This document shows, piece by piece, positions 61,952-64,000 of a stretch of DNA of 64,000 nucleotides (the stretch's first letter is position 1; every line of letters begins with the position of its first letter). The translations under genes were made by a program, and so were the position numbers. The DNA is taken from contig NC_083227.1 of NCBI RefSeq assembly GCF_032191835.1, forward strand, positions 102,052,001-102,116,000. The letters are read 5' to 3'. The DNA is from Heteronotia binoei. Taxonomy: Eukaryota. The notes under the pieces were generated by a model. The model made no database searches, was not told the DNA's origin, and saw nothing but the letters and a program-made list of their open reading frames with translations.

Positions 61952-64000
61952 GTAAGGTGAGGGGCCGGGCTTGGCTCGGCTGAGCGGGGGAAGCGGCGCT
62001 TAAGGGAAGGCAGGAGGCCGAGGCGGGTTCCCTTTGTGTGGCCACGGAAACTACGGGCGGGGGTCCCTTCCCTAAAGCTCAGAACTGTTTGCCTTAATTC
62101 CTACCGGGGAAGCAGCTTGCCCTGTCCTCCTGCTTCACCGGCCTCTTTTTCCCTTAACCCAAAAGATTGGTCGTCCAATGCCCTGAAGTGCTTCTGACCC
62201 ACTAACCCTCTTTCTCGTTGAAGTTATACTTTTACAAACCTCAGATTTCTTTATGTACTGTTGATTTTTCTCCCTCCCCTCTTCTCACTTGTGGCTTACC
62301 CATCTTTATTGTTGTGCAGCCTTTTCTGTCCCCCTTTTAAAAAGTGGTTTTGAAAAACTAACATTTCAAAACCATTGAACAGCCTGCACCATAAACTTCC
62401 TCGTGGTAGAATGTTTTTCACAGTGGTTCAGAACGGGGCAACTGCACTTGTCAGAAGCAATGAGTGTTTTTTTTCTTCTTCCTTCTTCTCTTGAGTTAAG
62501 CTTAGAAACAAAGACTCCTTAACTCAGTAATTTTAGTAATAATTTACGCTGACATTTCAATTTTCCTTTAGGTCATATCTTAATTTTTTACTAACCAAAA
62601 TGACAGAAAGACTGTGCTTGTCCGAGAGAGTTATACCGGGTGTTTTGAAAGAGTGACAAACGAGATGAAATGAGGCAGGATTTAATGCTTCTGGCATTTT
62701 AACAAATACATTTGTAGCGGTATAAAGTCTTTTGTGTTAATTTTCACAATTTCTTATTAAAATGTAGAAAATCTGTAAAACAGATTCTTATGGGGAAAAT
62801 TCATTATTAATGTTTGGACTGTTTTTAATTAATCTTATTTCTGGACATGTGCTAGCGTTCAAATTTTTTATATAGACAAACTGCAAAATTGGTATGTTTT
62901 GACAAAACTGGGCTTTCAACTTGCCCTTTTTTGGAAAGGGGTAGATCTTGTCCCTATGAAACTATCAATTGTCAGTAGTAGAACTGTTGATCACCTTTCT
63001 TCATGATAATATAAATTATAGTTGCTGAATAAAAATAAAAAGTGACAGTCCACTGTCAAATTTATGGTTTAACTAATCAACGGCTTTTTGTAGTAGGAAA
63101 TTATCTCCATTATGCCTAATAAAGACAGAGATACAAGTTATTCCTTCAGAGATTAAAAATAGTGTTTGTTGTAAAACCAAGTTTAAAGAGCAATTTCTTT
63201 ATTTAAAATCTTGTTGCCATTTTGTTTCTAGGAGTGCCAGTATAGTTATTTTTCAGTTAATAGAAAATGTACATGATCAATAGCTACTGATTTATTGAGA
63301 CCTGTGCAGATACTATGCTTCATTGCAAGGAGGGAGGCTGTTACAGCTTCTCATGTATTCTCCACTATACCAAGGGTGACTATGTATAAATGAGTGAGCT
63401 TTTGCTGTTTATATGAACGTTGACTACTAGTTTTCCCATGATGTCAAGAAGTCCATTCCTGTTTTATTTATCTAAAAATACATTAGTTGGTTTACTAATT
63501 AATGTATCCAAAGGGATGTACAGTAAAAATATTAAAAACCTGAAGGAATAAAACAGTAACTTTATTGAAATAAAATCAGTTTCACAGCCAGCCAACATCC
63601 TAGAAAGATTGGGACAAAAGCTGCCACTTATTGCATGGAAATAGTTGCTTAAAACTGGGCTTGGTCTGAAGGAGCTGAGTGGGCTCAGAATGTTTAGTGA
63701 TGTCAGGGGTAATGCCCAATACCTTAAATTGAGCCTGGAAGCTGGGACTAGGATATTTTTGTTCCTGCCACTTCTAGTTGGTAAACAGGCCACTGTATTC
63801 TAAATACAAGCCACATGTGTAAAGCAATCCAGTCAACTTTACTAGTGTGAATGGGTGCTGACAGGGAAATGATAGTTGTCTCATTCAGGAATGGTGCTAA
63901 AATATTTTCCTAGATCCTGCTGCCTTTGATAAGTTCAAGAGTAAGATTCAGGAACATCTTCATACTGCATATAGCTCTCCAAGGGACTGCATAGGGCTCA

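Larger units (their letters stand above)
61380..62070. promoter_or_regulatory. CpG island / bidirectional promoter of GNL3 and the + strand gene (probably PBRM1)
   Basis: CpG-dense. On the GNL3 strand there is a TOP-like tract CTTCCTTTTTCC (61685-61674) and an E-box CACGTG (61669-61674) just upstream of the ATG. Confidence 0.85.

Noticed and set aside
61617-61955. 112-aa plus-strand ORF in the CpG island
   Set aside because: Low-complexity Arg/Ala/Gly product of GC-rich promoter and UTR DNA; starts at TTG and does not resemble the PBRM1 N-terminus.

Overview
Vertebrate genomic DNA, most likely a squamate reptile and probably a gecko, judged from BovB LINEs plus Sauria/Squam-type SINEs. The window holds the conserved cluster NEK4(+) > < SPCS1(-) / GLT8D1(+) > < GNL3(-) / probable PBRM1(+). 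Gene models were built by hand from splice sites, with reading phase checked across every junction: the 3' part of NEK4 (9 coding exons, stop at 11870), complete SPCS1 (4 exons, 101 aa), complete GLT8D1 (9 coding exons, 372 aa) and complete GNL3/nucleostemin (15 exons, 538 aa). A non-coding first exon at about 61.8-61.95 kb is assigned to PBRM1 by synteny only. There are two CpG-rich bidirectional promoters (about 17.7-18.9 kb and 61.4-62.1 kb). GNL3 introns carry two SNORD19-family C/D snoRNAs and two further candidate C/D RNAs that share a different guide. Introns are rich in transposons: two BovB copies with nested insertions, many hAT MITEs with 8-bp TSDs, SINEs, and CR1, L2 and Penelope fragments. 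The most unusual items are (1) a 196-codon, internally triplicated in-frame extension upstream of SPCS1, (2) the paired candidate snoRNAs, (3) a hAT element carrying a 165-bp palindromic GC-rich array, and (4) an unexplained 3.3-kb GC-rich block in GNL3 intron 4 with promoter motifs and an exon-like CCHC knuckle. Family names come from recalled sequences; no database searches were run.
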